The translations under genes were made by a program, and so were the position numbers. DNA of 64,000 bases, taken from the NCBI GenBank assembly GCA_042570465.1, contig JBHPGO010000001.1, positions 1,656 to 65,655 on the forward strand. Direction: 5' to 3'. The stretch is from Patescibacteria group bacterium (GTDB lineage Bacteria; Patescibacteriota; Microgenomatia; PFEM01; JBHPGO01). Shown here piece by piece: positions 9,594 through 19,668 of the stretch. The notes below the pieces were generated by a model, which searched no databases, was not told the origin of the DNA, and was given only the letters and a program-made list of their open reading frames with translations. How positions within the stretch are numbered: the stretch's first letter is position 1; each line of letters opens with the position of its first letter.

Positions 9594-10199
9594 TCAGAGG
9601 CTCTCGTATGCCTCCACCTGATTTTCATATTCGTATTTAACCATGCCGTAGTCGTTTTCCCACTTTTGCATTGCACTTTTCATAATGTCTAAATGGGTAT
9701 TTTGTTTCGCCAGCCAGTCAAAGGATTCCATTTGTTCATCAATCTCGTATCTGACCATGCTGTAATCATCTTCCCATTTATTTTCGGCATCCGCCTTAAC
9801 AATGTCTTTTGCTTCTTCTCTGGATGGTAAAAGACTAGCTCCTGTTTGCTGTATTTTTATTGTAGGCGTGGGTGCTTCAGTTGTTTTTTCTTCTATCTTC
9901 TCCTCTGGTTTGACGGTGGCGGTTACTTCTACTTCTTTTACGGGTGTCGGTGTTAACTTCGAAGAATCACTTTTCTTGCTATCATCATTGCCGAAGACAC
10001 CAATTATTAAAAACAGCCCGAGAAAAAGACCAACCAGAATCAGGCATCCCTTAGCTTTTTTTGTACCCTCTCTCTTTTTCTCTTCCTTCTTAATGTCTTT
10101 CCTGACCTTGACGCGATGTTTTTCTTCTGCCTCAATTTTATTCTTTTTTTCTTCAGACAAGGTTTCTTTATCTTCTTTAATCATTTTTTCACCCACCAT
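9594..10199 (-). CDS. Single-TM protein with tandem KWE(D/N)DY.MV.YE repeat
   Basis: Basic N-terminus, TM, Pro/Thr linker, two internal repeats. Confidence 0.75.
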   Translation of the reverse strand: MVGEKMIKEDKETLSEEKKNKIEAEEKHRVKVRKDIKKEEKKREGTKKAKGCLILVGLFLGLFLIIGVFGNDDSKKSDSSKLTPTPVKEVEVTATVKPEEKIEEKTTEAPTPTIKIQQTGASLLPSREEAKDIVKADAENKWEDDYSMVRYEIDEQMESFDWLAKQNTHLDIMKSAMQKWENDYGMVKYEYENQVEAYESL

Positions 10200-10392
10200 C
10201 CCCTTAAAAACAAATAACCCGCCAACTAGCGGGTTGATAAAAATGAGTTTTTCTCGATATTTGGGAAGATTTTAAGTCTGTCCAACATTATGTACACGGT
10301 AGCAAACGCTAAGAAGACGTGTCAAGTGACGAATCCCATATACAATGTTATGAGATGTTGTTAATTATTAAAGGAGAATTGCCTGCTTTAAT

Positions 10393-10638
10393 CTAAGGCG
10401 TCTCTGTTAAAGGTGGAAAAACTAGCAATTCTCTCACTTCTTTTTCGTACCTATGGGGATCCAAGCCTTCTCCAGAAACAATATATTCCCTCATTTCTTC
10501 ATCAAATAAAGGCTCTCCTGCTCTAGCTCTAGCAATTTGTTCTTCATTAGCCATCCGCATAACTGGCAAAATATATTTTAAATCCATCACAGACCTATGT
10601 GTTCTTGCTTGGGATTCGGCACTAACTTCTACTCTCAC
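10393..10638 (-). CDS. Small hypothetical protein
   Basis: aggaggtgat SD before GTG start. Confidence 0.6.
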   Translation of the reverse strand: MRVEVSAESQARTHRSVMDLKYILPVMRMANEEQIARARAGEPLFDEEMREYIVSGEGLDPHRYEKEVRELLVFPPLTETP

Positions 10639-10742
10639 GTTATCACCTCCTAAAAAATTAACAATTTCATCTTACTGGTGTTTATACGAACTTCTACTTA
10701 TCCTTCAATATATCTTATCATGAGTAGACAAATTGGCTTCCC

Positions 10743-10776
10743 CACACCCGATGTGACACAGGTACCGCACATCGGG
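10743..10776. repeat. REP doublet of the RAYT-associated family
   Basis: cacacccgatgtg...cacatcggg as at 34193, 53754 and 54509. Confidence 0.8.
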
Positions 10777-10913
10777 ACTTGCCTGCCTAACCTATGACAA
10801 TTTGACAGACCAAATCAAGTACTAAAACAAGCCTATCTTAATTAAGACTCCCCTATTTTTTGAAATAGGCTGGTATAATGAAAATTAAGTCTTAAAGTTA
10901 GAAAGGGCAAGAG

Positions 10914-11198
10914 ATGTCTGAATTTGAGCCAAGAACACTAGAAGAATATTTGCGAATAAATGATATTCAATTGGGAGATGGAGTTAGAAAAATGCTGGAG
11001 GCAGACACGCTGATAGTAAATGGCCTTGCTGAAGGTTCAAGAAGAACTACAAAAGAAGGAGTGGTAAGTAGGGAAAACCTGCTAGACACTTTAATGCAAA
11101 GAAGAATGGCAAAGCTACCGATCGGAGAGCTTCTTGGTGGAGGGCTGGCTAGCGGATGGAAGTGTCGTTATAGTGGATCAGATAGGGAAATGGAATAA
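10914..11198 (+). CDS. Small hypothetical protein
   Basis: ataggctggtataat promoter upstream. Confidence 0.6.
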   Translation: MSEFEPRTLEEYLRINDIQLGDGVRKMLEADTLIVNGLAEGSRRTTKEGVVSRENLLDTLMQRRMAKLPIGELLGGGLASGWKCRYSGSDREME

Positions 11199-11225
11199 TA
11201 TCCTTCAAGTTTAGATAATTTAAAC

Positions 11226-11331
11226 TACGCTCAAATCCAAAATCTCAGTGGCTTTTTTGAGGCTAAAATAGGCTCTAACTACGCCTGCCACGAGATTATA
11301 TTAATTTTTCGTGGTTGAGTCCTTGACCCCG
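11226..11331. repeat. Repeat A copy 4 with gcctgccacg...cgtgg hairpin insert
   Basis: tacgctcaaa...gaggctaaaataggctctaactac[gcctgccacgagattatattaatttttcgtgg]ttgagtcc. Confidence 0.85.
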
Positions 11332-11347
11332 AGGTTCAAAAAAGCCC

Positions 11348-12106
11348 TTAACTAGCTCTCTCGAGTTTTTCCAATAGTTTTCTGTATCTACTTTGGTTTT
11401 CAACAACTTGGGAACAAGAAATCCATACCTCTCTTGTTTTGTCCCATTTATTTTTAAATGTCTTTAGTCCTTTTTTGTCCTCTTTTTTTGAAAGAATAAA
11501 TCCTCCTGTTGCTCCATAAAGGCGTTTGTGCATTGAGGGGTTCTTGGTGGTAAAACCCAAAGATTGGACAATCTTCATTCCGCCAAGGTGTGATAGGTCA
11601 GTCAAGGCGACAACATCACTGGGAAAATCTCCATTCTCAATGTCATCCCCCAATTCAATCAGCCCCCCCAAGAAATCTAGCAACATTGATCTGGAAAATT
11701 GAAATATGTTTCCTTGGTCAAGTTGATCAAGGTTCCTAACTAAGTCTATTTTCCCTATTCTGTCACCAGGTTTAATTCGTACATTGCCATCTAGTGTTTT
11801 TCGACGACCACGGTGACGAATAAAAGTAATTTTTCCATGATTTCCCATTTGATAATTTTCAGAAAGAGCGCCTTCAGCAATTTCAGACCAAATTTTGAAG
11901 TTCCAACCCTTCAATCCAAGTAGCAAGGCATCAGAAAATATTTCCGAACCTGTTTTTCCTTTCGCTATTCCAGCCGAAACTGCCGTAATTGACCCAGTCT
12001 TACTAAGTACCTTAGCTGAAGGCTTATACGCCAATTTTTTAAGGGTATTTCTCTGGCTTTGAGAATTACCTTCAGGGCTCAATGGAATTTCATCAGCTTC
12101 CGCCAT
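11348..12106 (-). CDS. Hypothetical protein, possible YkoP-like domain
   Basis: RHRGRRKTLDGNVRIKPGDRIGKIDL resembles the YkoP motif (from memory). Confidence 0.55.
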   Translation of the reverse strand: MAEADEIPLSPEGNSQSQRNTLKKLAYKPSAKVLSKTGSITAVSAGIAKGKTGSEIFSDALLLGLKGWNFKIWSEIAEGALSENYQMGNHGKITFIRHRGRRKTLDGNVRIKPGDRIGKIDLVRNLDQLDQGNIFQFSRSMLLDFLGGLIELGDDIENGDFPSDVVALTDLSHLGGMKIVQSLGFTTKNPSMHKRLYGATGGFILSKKEDKKGLKTFKNKWDKTREVWISCSQVVENQSRYRKLLEKLERAS

Positions 12107-12310
12107 ATTTAAACACTATCATGAAATCTCCAGGATTTCCAGGTAATTCAAATAACTCTCCATCTCCGATCTTTCTTTTGCACTGATAACGCCATAATGG
12201 ATTCGAACTTCCACCCTTCTCCGCCAGCTGGCGGATTCGGAATGGCACGGCGTTCTTTAGACCCAAAATTATCATTGACTGAAAATTGATCAATTGATAT
12301 CATTTAATTA

Positions 12311-12604
12311 ATGCTTACCAAAACCGACCTTTCCCAAATCAGAAAAGTTATCAGAGAAGAAATTGAAAACGAAGCCGACAGTTTGAAAAAAGATCTTCAG
12401 GGTGAGATGAAATTGGTTCGGATGGAGATTCAAAGAGATGTTCGGAAGTTGAGTGATGAGGTAAAGGACCTAAATATTAGGATCAGAAAAATTGAAAAAG
12501 ATATCAAAACCGTTGTAAATTTCTTCGACAAGGAATCTTTGAAGACAGGCCAGCGAATCAGCCAGATTGAAGATCATCTCAAAATCTCTTCTCCTGCATT
12601 GTAG
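12311..12604 (+). CDS. Small coiled-coil protein
   Basis: MLTKTDLSQIRKVIREE, heptad pattern. Confidence 0.7.
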   Translation: MLTKTDLSQIRKVIREEIENEADSLKKDLQGEMKLVRMEIQRDVRKLSDEVKDLNIRIRKIEKDIKTVVNFFDKESLKTGQRISQIEDHLKISSPAL

Positions 12605-12629
12605 GGTTAAGTTTGAACTTTGGACTTCC

Positions 12630-12703
12630 ATAAGGATAAAATAGGCTCTAGCTTCGCCTGCCACGAGATTATATTAATTTTTCGTGGTTGAGTCTGGAAC
12701 CCC
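12630..12703. repeat. Repeat A copy 5 with hairpin insert
   Basis: taaaataggctctagcttc[gcctgccacgagattatattaatttttcgtgg]ttgagtctggaacccca. Confidence 0.85.
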
Positions 12704-12775
12704 AAATACCGAGGTGTGCTACCTGAGACGCCTCCAGGGTATATTTTATTTGCAAATGCTTGATAAAATATAATC

Positions 12776-13030
12776 ATGGCACGCAGTCCAGAATACCAAC
12801 TTTTTTTAGATATCGTTTCAGAGCGAAAACCAGATACTTTATCCAAAATCATAGAATATCCGGCAACTGAGCAAGAAGTGGGTTGGTGGAAACAACATCA
12901 GGTCAGGAGGGCCATTCGCAAATGTGGAAATGGATCCGCTACACCAGTTGACTATCACCTCGTGCGCAGAAAAACATCAATAATCCCCTCTCTTGCAACA
13001 AGAAAACGATTAAAACAACGATCATTATAA
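12776..13030 (+). CDS. Small hypothetical protein
   Basis: 84 aa ORF between repeat A copies 5 and 6. Confidence 0.55.
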   Translation: MARSPEYQLFLDIVSERKPDTLSKIIEYPATEQEVGWWKQHQVRRAIRKCGNGSATPVDYHLVRRKTSIIPSLATRKRLKQRSL

Positions 13031-13062
13031 TAGTTGGAGGATTCCACCTCATCTCTCGTAGC

Positions 13063-13127
13063 CGTAAAATAAGTTCTAACTTCGCCTGCCACGTTTATTT
13101 AATTTACGTGGTTGAGTCTAGGTCCCA
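13063..13127. repeat. Repeat A copy 6 with variant hairpin insert
   Basis: taaaataagttctaacttc[gcctgccacgtttatttaatttacgtgg]ttgagtctaggtccca. Confidence 0.8.
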
Positions 13128-13269
13128 TATTAGCATCTTAAGATTTAGTTGATTAATTATATTAATGATGGAATAATCATTATTAATACATGATTAAGAA
13201 GTTCGCATTAATAGTTTCAATATTTCTAGTCTTAAATGGCCTTGTAGTTTTATTTGAATCTTTCAAATG

Positions 13270-13323
13270 TATGTCAACCCCCGTATGTCAACCCCCGAGG
13301 TTGACATAGGTAGCAACCTCGGG
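13270..13323. repeat. REP-like palindrome with 14 bp tandem duplication
   Basis: tatgtcaacccccg x2, aggttgacata, caacctcggg. Confidence 0.65.
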
Positions 13324-13422
13324 AACAAGCTTCAAGTTTTTGGATAAAACACTCCCAAGTAACAATTGCCGCCTGCTTGATTTTAACATCGCCTTTTACA
13401 GTTAAATAGAAAAGAGTTAGGG

Positions 13423-13686
13423 CTAGAGTATTTCCTGGGGTGGAGTCTCGCTATCGGGCGGTGAACCTAATTTTTCTTTCCAAGCTAAGATTCTTAGTCT
13501 TAGATCACGAGCATTTCTCATTCCTAAATATGTTAAAGAAGAGTAACTTGTGATAGTTGATGGAGGTTTTTTGCCTTGAGTTTCTTCGGCAACGACACGA
13601 GACATGGTTGTAATCAATGACATTGGGGAAGGAGGAAGATGAGGTTTCGGAGGGGGGACTTCATAAAACTTTGGTTTTTCTTTCAT
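13423..13686 (-). CDS. Small Pro-rich hypothetical protein
   Basis: taaaat -10 box directly before ATG. Confidence 0.55.
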   Translation of the reverse strand: MKEKPKFYEVPPPKPHLPPSPMSLITTMSRVVAEETQGKKPPSTITSYSSLTYLGMRNARDLRLRILAWKEKLGSPPDSETPPQEIL

Positions 13687-13788
13687 GAGTTATATTTTAC
13701 CACTTAAATCAAGAAAGTCCATGATTGCTAGATATTTTTGCCAATCCCCTATTATTCCCGATCATTTTTGAAGACAAAAATTATCTTG

Positions 13789-15366
13789 TTAAGGAATCTT
13801 GTCAGGTGTATTAAAGAAGTAGCTTGCCGGTGTCCGGCAAATGGTTGGCAGGCTCTCTTTTCCCTGGACTTCAAAACCATAAGTGTCAGTTCCCAATGAT
13901 TTTCCATTTTCTTTAATTTCTAAAGTTATTGCTTGAGGGCCAATACCTCTGAACAAGCACTCAATCGAGGTAAGCTGGGTGGTTAATTTGTCTTCAAAAT
14001 CTTCAGGATCGTTGATCGAAACATTGCCAAGAATTTCCCGGCCATTTTCATCGATCCCCACTTTTTTAAAAGCTGATTTTAGAAATTTAACTCCCTGGCC
14101 GGTCCAGGTAAGTTCAAAGCATCGCTCCTCTTTCTCACACATCTCTACCAAGCCCCGGTCGACATCATAGCCATAAAATATATGGCTCCACCTAAGAAAG
14201 TCTTCTTCGTTTTGGGTTCTGATCTTTTTCTCTTTTGAGGAGATAGTGATCGGGATATTTTCAGATGAGAGCTCAATACTAATCGGTTCAGAGTAATAAG
14301 TTTTAGTTTTAAAAAAAGTAAAGCCTTTCGCTTGAATGAGATAGGTTCCTGAAGCAGTAAAAGGGTACCCGTTAAGGTCGATACTGACCGTTTCAGTTCC
14401 AATTTTGGGGTCCAGCGATCCTCCGATCATCCCCATCACTGACTGGTCGGTGGCCTTGATTAAGTTAAGGGAATAGGGATAGGCTTTATCAACCGGAAGC
14501 AGTTCGACCCTAAGGTTAAATTTATCGGTTGAGCCAACTTTTTGGGGATAGTCTGAAAGTTTAATCTCGGGTTCCCAGTTTTCCATATAGACTCTGTCCA
14601 AAATTGCCCCGTTTCTGACTCGCAAAACAAGTGAATTTGTCCCGGTTGGCAAAACAATACTTTCATAAAAAAAGCCAGGAGAATCCCATTTGATATCCGG
14701 AAGGTCAGAGCTTCCAAAAGTAGAAACCGAGATTGGGCGCACCAAACCAACCGTATCATTAATGTCTCTGGCTTCAAGAATCATGAGTGAGGCGGCCGCT
14801 TCCAAATTGTTATTAACTGCTTCTTGATTACCCTTAAATTCAATGATTACATCTTCAGTTCCAGGACCCCCTGAAAGAGCCATTCCTCCAGCAAAGCTTC
14901 CGGAATATGAGTCACCTTGAGCTTGGGTCTCGCCGGTAACACTAATGGGAGTTTCTTGGTTTAAGGCATTGGTGGTGGGAATTTTCTCCAGAGTTTGGTT
15001 GACTGGTGAGTTCAATCTTTCAGTTTCTTGAGCAACTTCGATAACTTTTTCAATTTGATCCAGTTCTTCAGGGGAAGTTGCTTTTTCTGTAATTTTTGGT
15101 TTTTCGAGGAGGAAAAAAGCGCCGACTCCCCCGAGGCAAAAGATCAGAAAGAAAAGGACAAAAAAGGCAATCTTTTTTGAGTTTCTGGCCTTTGGCGGTT
15201 CGGCTGGGATGATTGGTGGGGCGATTGGGGTGGTTGGGACAGTGGGGGCAGGGTCGTCAGTTACTGGCAAGGGATTGGTGGGAGCAGGGATCGGATTTGG
15301 CAAAGGCGTTGAGCCAGTTGGAGGAGGGTTATTAGCCTGAGGAGAAAAGTCTTGGCCATGATCCAT
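13789..15366 (-). CDS. Membrane-anchored surface protein (Pro-rich N-terminus, TM, beta-rich ectodomain)
   Basis: 525 aa ORF with one TM segment. Confidence 0.8.
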   Translation of the reverse strand: MDHGQDFSPQANNPPPTGSTPLPNPIPAPTNPLPVTDDPAPTVPTTPIAPPIIPAEPPKARNSKKIAFFVLFFLIFCLGGVGAFFLLEKPKITEKATSPEELDQIEKVIEVAQETERLNSPVNQTLEKIPTTNALNQETPISVTGETQAQGDSYSGSFAGGMALSGGPGTEDVIIEFKGNQEAVNNNLEAAASLMILEARDINDTVGLVRPISVSTFGSSDLPDIKWDSPGFFYESIVLPTGTNSLVLRVRNGAILDRVYMENWEPEIKLSDYPQKVGSTDKFNLRVELLPVDKAYPYSLNLIKATDQSVMGMIGGSLDPKIGTETVSIDLNGYPFTASGTYLIQAKGFTFFKTKTYYSEPISIELSSENIPITISSKEKKIRTQNEEDFLRWSHIFYGYDVDRGLVEMCEKEERCFELTWTGQGVKFLKSAFKKVGIDENGREILGNVSINDPEDFEDKLTTQLTSIECLFRGIGPQAITLEIKENGKSLGTDTYGFEVQGKESLPTICRTPASYFFNTPDKIP

Positions 15367-15853
15367 TAATGATCATTGTAGGTCAAGAGCGTTCACTGGG
15401 TCAAATATTTTTTATTAATTCTTTCAATTTTGTGTTGATTCAGGCGATTTCGAAGATTCTGATCAAGGCTTTAACTCCAGAAGGCTTGATCAGGCGGGCA
15501 AAAATACTATTTTTCAACCCGTTTATGAGTATTATAAAAACCCCGCACTTGCTGCGGTTATTGCCGATAAACTAGTTTATCGGTAGAAAAGTTCTCATGA
15601 TTTGGGTTGAATTAATTGTTTTGCTTCTTGTCGTTATCAGAGAGGAAGTATTAAAGGAAGGGAAATTATTGCTTTAGAGACCTCTTTTGCCTTATGTATT
15701 ACCAAAATTTTTGATCAATCGAAAATATTTGGCAATAATTTGCAGATAATCATCCTTTTAGCCCAATAATTTGAAGTTGAGTGATATTATAACTTCACTT
15801 GCCTGAAGGACAATCTTTTAGCGGCAAGAAGTCTTTTGTTTTCCAAAAATTGG

Positions 15854-16333
15854 TTACAAAATTTCCAGGGAAATGCTTTCTTCGATGGAGCTAATCTTTT
15901 CCTTGAAACGGCGATAAATTTCTTCAAGAACATTTTCATCTTCAATCCCTTTTAAAAATATTTTGCTATTAGTGGGGTCTAAGTATTCATATTCAATTGG
16001 GTAATTGTTGAGATATTCAAAAATATCAGCATTAACTAACTTTTGATCTTCGGCCGCCTTGGTTAGCTTGCTCAAGACACAGTCCCCCTTTTCATTTCGA
16101 TCAGTCATCAAATCACAGGAAGAGTAGTCCGGAATATTTTTTGAACTTAAGACGATGACATATTCATTTTGAATCGGATTTTGGCGCCTTTTAATGAGAG
16201 TCGAAACAGTTTCAGGTTTTTGATTATTCAAAAGTTTAGGCTCTGGACTGTCTTTAAAGAATAATAAAAAAATGACCAGCATCGCCAGAAGAATAATGGA
16301 AATAGTGATGACCTTTTTCCTAAGATGGTCCAT
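15854..16333 (-). CDS. Membrane-anchored hypothetical protein
   Basis: N-terminal TM; possible protease-prodomain-like fold (unverified). Confidence 0.65.
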   Translation of the reverse strand: MDHLRKKVITISIILLAMLVIFLLFFKDSPEPKLLNNQKPETVSTLIKRRQNPIQNEYVIVLSSKNIPDYSSCDLMTDRNEKGDCVLSKLTKAAEDQKLVNADIFEYLNNYPIEYEYLDPTNSKIFLKGIEDENVLEEIYRRFKEKISSIEESISLEIL

Positions 16334-16438
16334 AACAATTATTAATATAACACAAAAAAGATTGATTTGTGAATAAGGTATTTTAAGCTTCAGTGGAAAT
16401 TTATAAAATAATTAAGTTGTTATGGTATAATCGGACCG

Positions 16439-16624
16439 ATGAAAATTAAAGTTGAGGGTATACCGATTGTTCCACTTGTTGGATTGAAAGAGGATTTTTC
16501 AGTCTACCGAAAAACACCTGGTCCCCATTGTCCTGGAAAAGGTGGTTATCGGGTGAGGGACGACTTTTATCTGCAAAGAGGGAAAGATGTAAGAATTCGA
16601 CAAAAGTTAAGTGCAAGAAGATAG
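16439..16624 (+). CDS. Small hypothetical protein
   Basis: tggtataat 7 nt before ATG. Confidence 0.45.
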   Translation: MKIKVEGIPIVPLVGLKEDFSVYRKTPGPHCPGKGGYRVRDDFYLQRGKDVRIRQKLSARR

Positions 16625-16720
16625 AGAGCTATTATTCTAGTCCCATGATGCCCAATGACATTTTAAGGAGAACTTGTTTATGATTGACGGTTTAAGAATG
16701 ACAAGTAAGGTGCTTGTTTA

Positions 16721-19570
16721 CTAAAGCGACCAATTAGCAATCACAAGAGCAAGGTCCAAAATGTTAACTATTTGATCGTCATTAAGATCAGTAGCTTGAG
16801 CTTGGCCTAGAGGGTCTGCTCCCCAGTTTTCCAAAACAAGCTTTAAGTCTTGAGTGTTAACTTCGCCGCTACCATCAACATCACCAAGAATCGGAGCTGG
16901 AGATGGGTTGGTAAATAAAACTTCAACCGGTCCGTGGTAGCTTCTTAGACCACTGGTATCAATATCTTCCAATAAATAGTGATAAGTGGTTCCCGAGACC
17001 ACATCCTCATCCAGATATTCATAGAAAGAAGGAGTGGCACAACCTAAACATTGGCTGAGAATTATTTGATTGTTGATTTGAGTAAAAGTTGACTGATAGG
17101 GATCAGCCGGGTCATAGTCCGAGCTGCGGTGGAGGTTAAAACCAAGATTATCTATTTCTTGGGCCGTTTCCCATTCAATCAAAACTTTTTCTGGACTGTC
17201 AGTGGCAGAAAAACTACTTAAGAAAATTGCTACTGGTCCTCCTGGAGCACATTGAGAACAGTCGAAGACACAGTCAGGGTGATCTATGATCGGGCTGCAA
17301 TTCACTATGTTTGAACATTCCCATGTTTCATGATCACAACTGAAGCCGTTCATCATTGGCGGTGGTGGGGTTGGAGTCGTCAGCAAGGAAGAGTCAATGA
17401 AATGGAGATATAATTCATCGAAATATACGGTTGCATTACTCCCTTCGTCGAAGCGGAAAAATATTTTGATGCTTTCCGTACCTGAAGGAACGGTAGTTCC
17501 GGAAAGGGTGAAATCCTGCCAGAAACCGGTGGCTATGTTCATGTCAAACATTTCTTGGCCAAGGAGGCCAGTATCCCAGTATTGAATGCCGACTTTGATT
17601 TTGACAGGACCGTTCATGCTGGCGATAAAATATTTGCCGGAAGCTTTGACAATATCTGAAGGGTTGATGTTAGTGGTAAGATTAGTGTAGAGAGCCCACT
17701 CTTGATTGCCGGCCGCGTAGTCGGCCCTGAGAGCATAGTTGCCCTGAAAGGCTTGTTGGCTTGAAGCAGACTCAACTAAGCTGCCAGATGATGAATCTGA
17801 AGACCAGGCATAAAAATCTTCACCGCATTCAAAGTTGTGTTGAAGGGGAGAAAGCTTTCCAGCCGTGTATGGATCAACCAAGTTCCAGGAAGAGCTGTTT
17901 TTATGGCAGCAATAGTTGTCAATGACTTGAGAGTTTTGAGCTTCTAGAGAAAAACTCCAGCCTGGGTCATAGCTGGCCGCACAAACATACCATTGACTGG
18001 CGTTGGTTTGGGCACTGCATAAAAAACGATTGTCAGGCCAATCTTCTCCGGTTTGATACTTCATAGCCAAGGTTGAACCCTTGCCGCACCAGAAGCCGGC
18101 GCAGGTATTGTAAGGAGAATGTTGGTCGCAAACATTTGGCCGCCCCCATTCAACGATGACCGGATCGTTAGAAACTGAAATTTTGACCTGACCATTGGCT
18201 GAGCCGTCGGTATCACCACTACCGCCATCAGTAATATATGTTTTAACGCCAGCTTTATTGGTTTTAATCACTGAAGAAGCGAAATAATCTCTGTTTTCAG
18301 TTGTGGCTGACCTTGACCATAAGATTTCCTTGAACTTGCCGCTGAGATGGTTATGGATAAAAACATAGCCCTCCAGCAAACTGTTGGCCTCTTTGGCTAA
18401 GTAGGAGTAATTTTTCATTTCATCAACAAGAATTTTGAAAGTACCAAATGAGGGCCTGATGGTATTATCCAGTCTGACAAATCCATAATCGGCTTCAAAG
18501 TAATCTTTGAGGGTAAACCATAGGAGGGGTCCCTCGCCGGTAGAGATGCTTTGAGAAAAGAGTTTAAATACTAGTCTGGCTTGGGTTTCTTCACTGACGG
18601 TTTCGTTGACTGGCTGACCAATTTCAGAAAATAAAATTGGTTTGTCACCGGCGCCATATTGGGCCATTAAGTTTTTAGCCCAATGGATTTTGCCCCTGAC
18701 GCCGCCGCCACTATAGTTGTCATTTTCATGACCGGTCCAATTGTTATAAAAAGCCTCATAATAGTGGAGGTTCATGTAGTCAAAAAATTGTTTTCCCCAA
18801 GTTTGGTAAGAATAAGCTAAAACATTTTCTAAAAAGTTGATGTTAAACACACAACAATCTTCGAGCGCCATGCCGGAAAATAAGATGATGGCGCTAGGAT
18901 TAGCCGCCTTAATTTCATTATAAAAGGTTCTTTGAAGAATAGCGTAATCTTTGTAATCATCAAGGCCGTTGTTATTTAAATCGTCGTCAGAGCCATATTT
19001 ATGGAAGCTATCAATTTCGTTTAGGGGTTCGAAATGATTTAAAATTGGGTTACCGGGAGCGTCGTTAATGCCGTCGCCATCATATCTTTCGGCTAATAAC
19101 CTTAATAATTCCCCATATTCTCCCAGATCTTCATCATCCATTGGTCCCCCGACATTTCTACCCGATTCTTCAACCGCCCAATCCGGAAATTCATATAAGC
19201 TCATCGAAACTAAGATATCATGCTGATTGTAAGCTTTAATATTTGAATCCAGCTCATCCCAAGTGTAAACATTTTTGGTCGCTTCAATGTCTTTCCAGCG
19301 ATAAAGATGGTTTTCAACTTTAGCACCGCTTTCCAGGAAAAGCTGGCCGACCGGGCCATATACAGGGTCAAAAGGAAATTCCCTAACCGTGTTAATGCCA
19401 AAAGCCATTTGGTCAAAATCACGGGTAAAAATGAACGGGCTGGTCGAGGCTTGGGCAATCATGCCTATTTTTTCAACTTCTCTTTTTTTAGTAGAATTCA
19501 GGAAAAGGATGAAGATCAACAACGGTATTGAAAAGACAGCTAGAATTTTAATAAAACCAAATCTTTTCAT
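16721..19570 (-). CDS. Secreted multidomain clan GH-A glycosidase (GH39/GH5-like) with Cys-rich region, CBM-like domain and C-terminal dockerin-like repeat
   Basis: FEPLNEID acid/base, KPILFSEIG nucleophile, GDVDGSGEVNTQDL...DLNDDQIVNILDL. Confidence 0.8.
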   Translation of the reverse strand: MKRFGFIKILAVFSIPLLIFILFLNSTKKREVEKIGMIAQASTSPFIFTRDFDQMAFGINTVREFPFDPVYGPVGQLFLESGAKVENHLYRWKDIEATKNVYTWDELDSNIKAYNQHDILVSMSLYEFPDWAVEESGRNVGGPMDDEDLGEYGELLRLLAERYDGDGINDAPGNPILNHFEPLNEIDSFHKYGSDDDLNNNGLDDYKDYAILQRTFYNEIKAANPSAIILFSGMALEDCCVFNINFLENVLAYSYQTWGKQFFDYMNLHYYEAFYNNWTGHENDNYSGGGVRGKIHWAKNLMAQYGAGDKPILFSEIGQPVNETVSEETQARLVFKLFSQSISTGEGPLLWFTLKDYFEADYGFVRLDNTIRPSFGTFKILVDEMKNYSYLAKEANSLLEGYVFIHNHLSGKFKEILWSRSATTENRDYFASSVIKTNKAGVKTYITDGGSGDTDGSANGQVKISVSNDPVIVEWGRPNVCDQHSPYNTCAGFWCGKGSTLAMKYQTGEDWPDNRFLCSAQTNASQWYVCAASYDPGWSFSLEAQNSQVIDNYCCHKNSSSWNLVDPYTAGKLSPLQHNFECGEDFYAWSSDSSSGSLVESASSQQAFQGNYALRADYAAGNQEWALYTNLTTNINPSDIVKASGKYFIASMNGPVKIKVGIQYWDTGLLGQEMFDMNIATGFWQDFTLSGTTVPSGTESIKIFFRFDEGSNATVYFDELYLHFIDSSLLTTPTPPPPMMNGFSCDHETWECSNIVNCSPIIDHPDCVFDCSQCAPGGPVAIFLSSFSATDSPEKVLIEWETAQEIDNLGFNLHRSSDYDPADPYQSTFTQINNQIILSQCLGCATPSFYEYLDEDVVSGTTYHYLLEDIDTSGLRSYHGPVEVLFTNPSPAPILGDVDGSGEVNTQDLKLVLENWGADPLGQAQATDLNDDQIVNILDLALVIANWSL

Positions 19571-19633
19571 ACATATAAACTATAGCACAAAACTTTTCCT
19601 ATGTGTTTCCACCCCAGTTTTTCCACCCCATTT

Positions 19634-19668
19634 TCCACCCCAGGGGTGACTTAGGTTGACACCCCTGG
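19634..19668. repeat. REP doublet family C
   Basis: Reverse complement of 20390-20424. Confidence 0.85.

Noticed and set aside
12188-12265. Further tRNA or 3' module (ggattcgaacttccaccc, ccgccagctggcgg)
   Set aside because: Only a T-arm-like fragment and a palindrome; no cloverleaf and no GGACCCTC at the expected distance
68-13127. Classical integron attC array
   Set aside because: No IntI in the window and no clear RYYYAAC...GTTRRRY palindromic attC structure in repeat A
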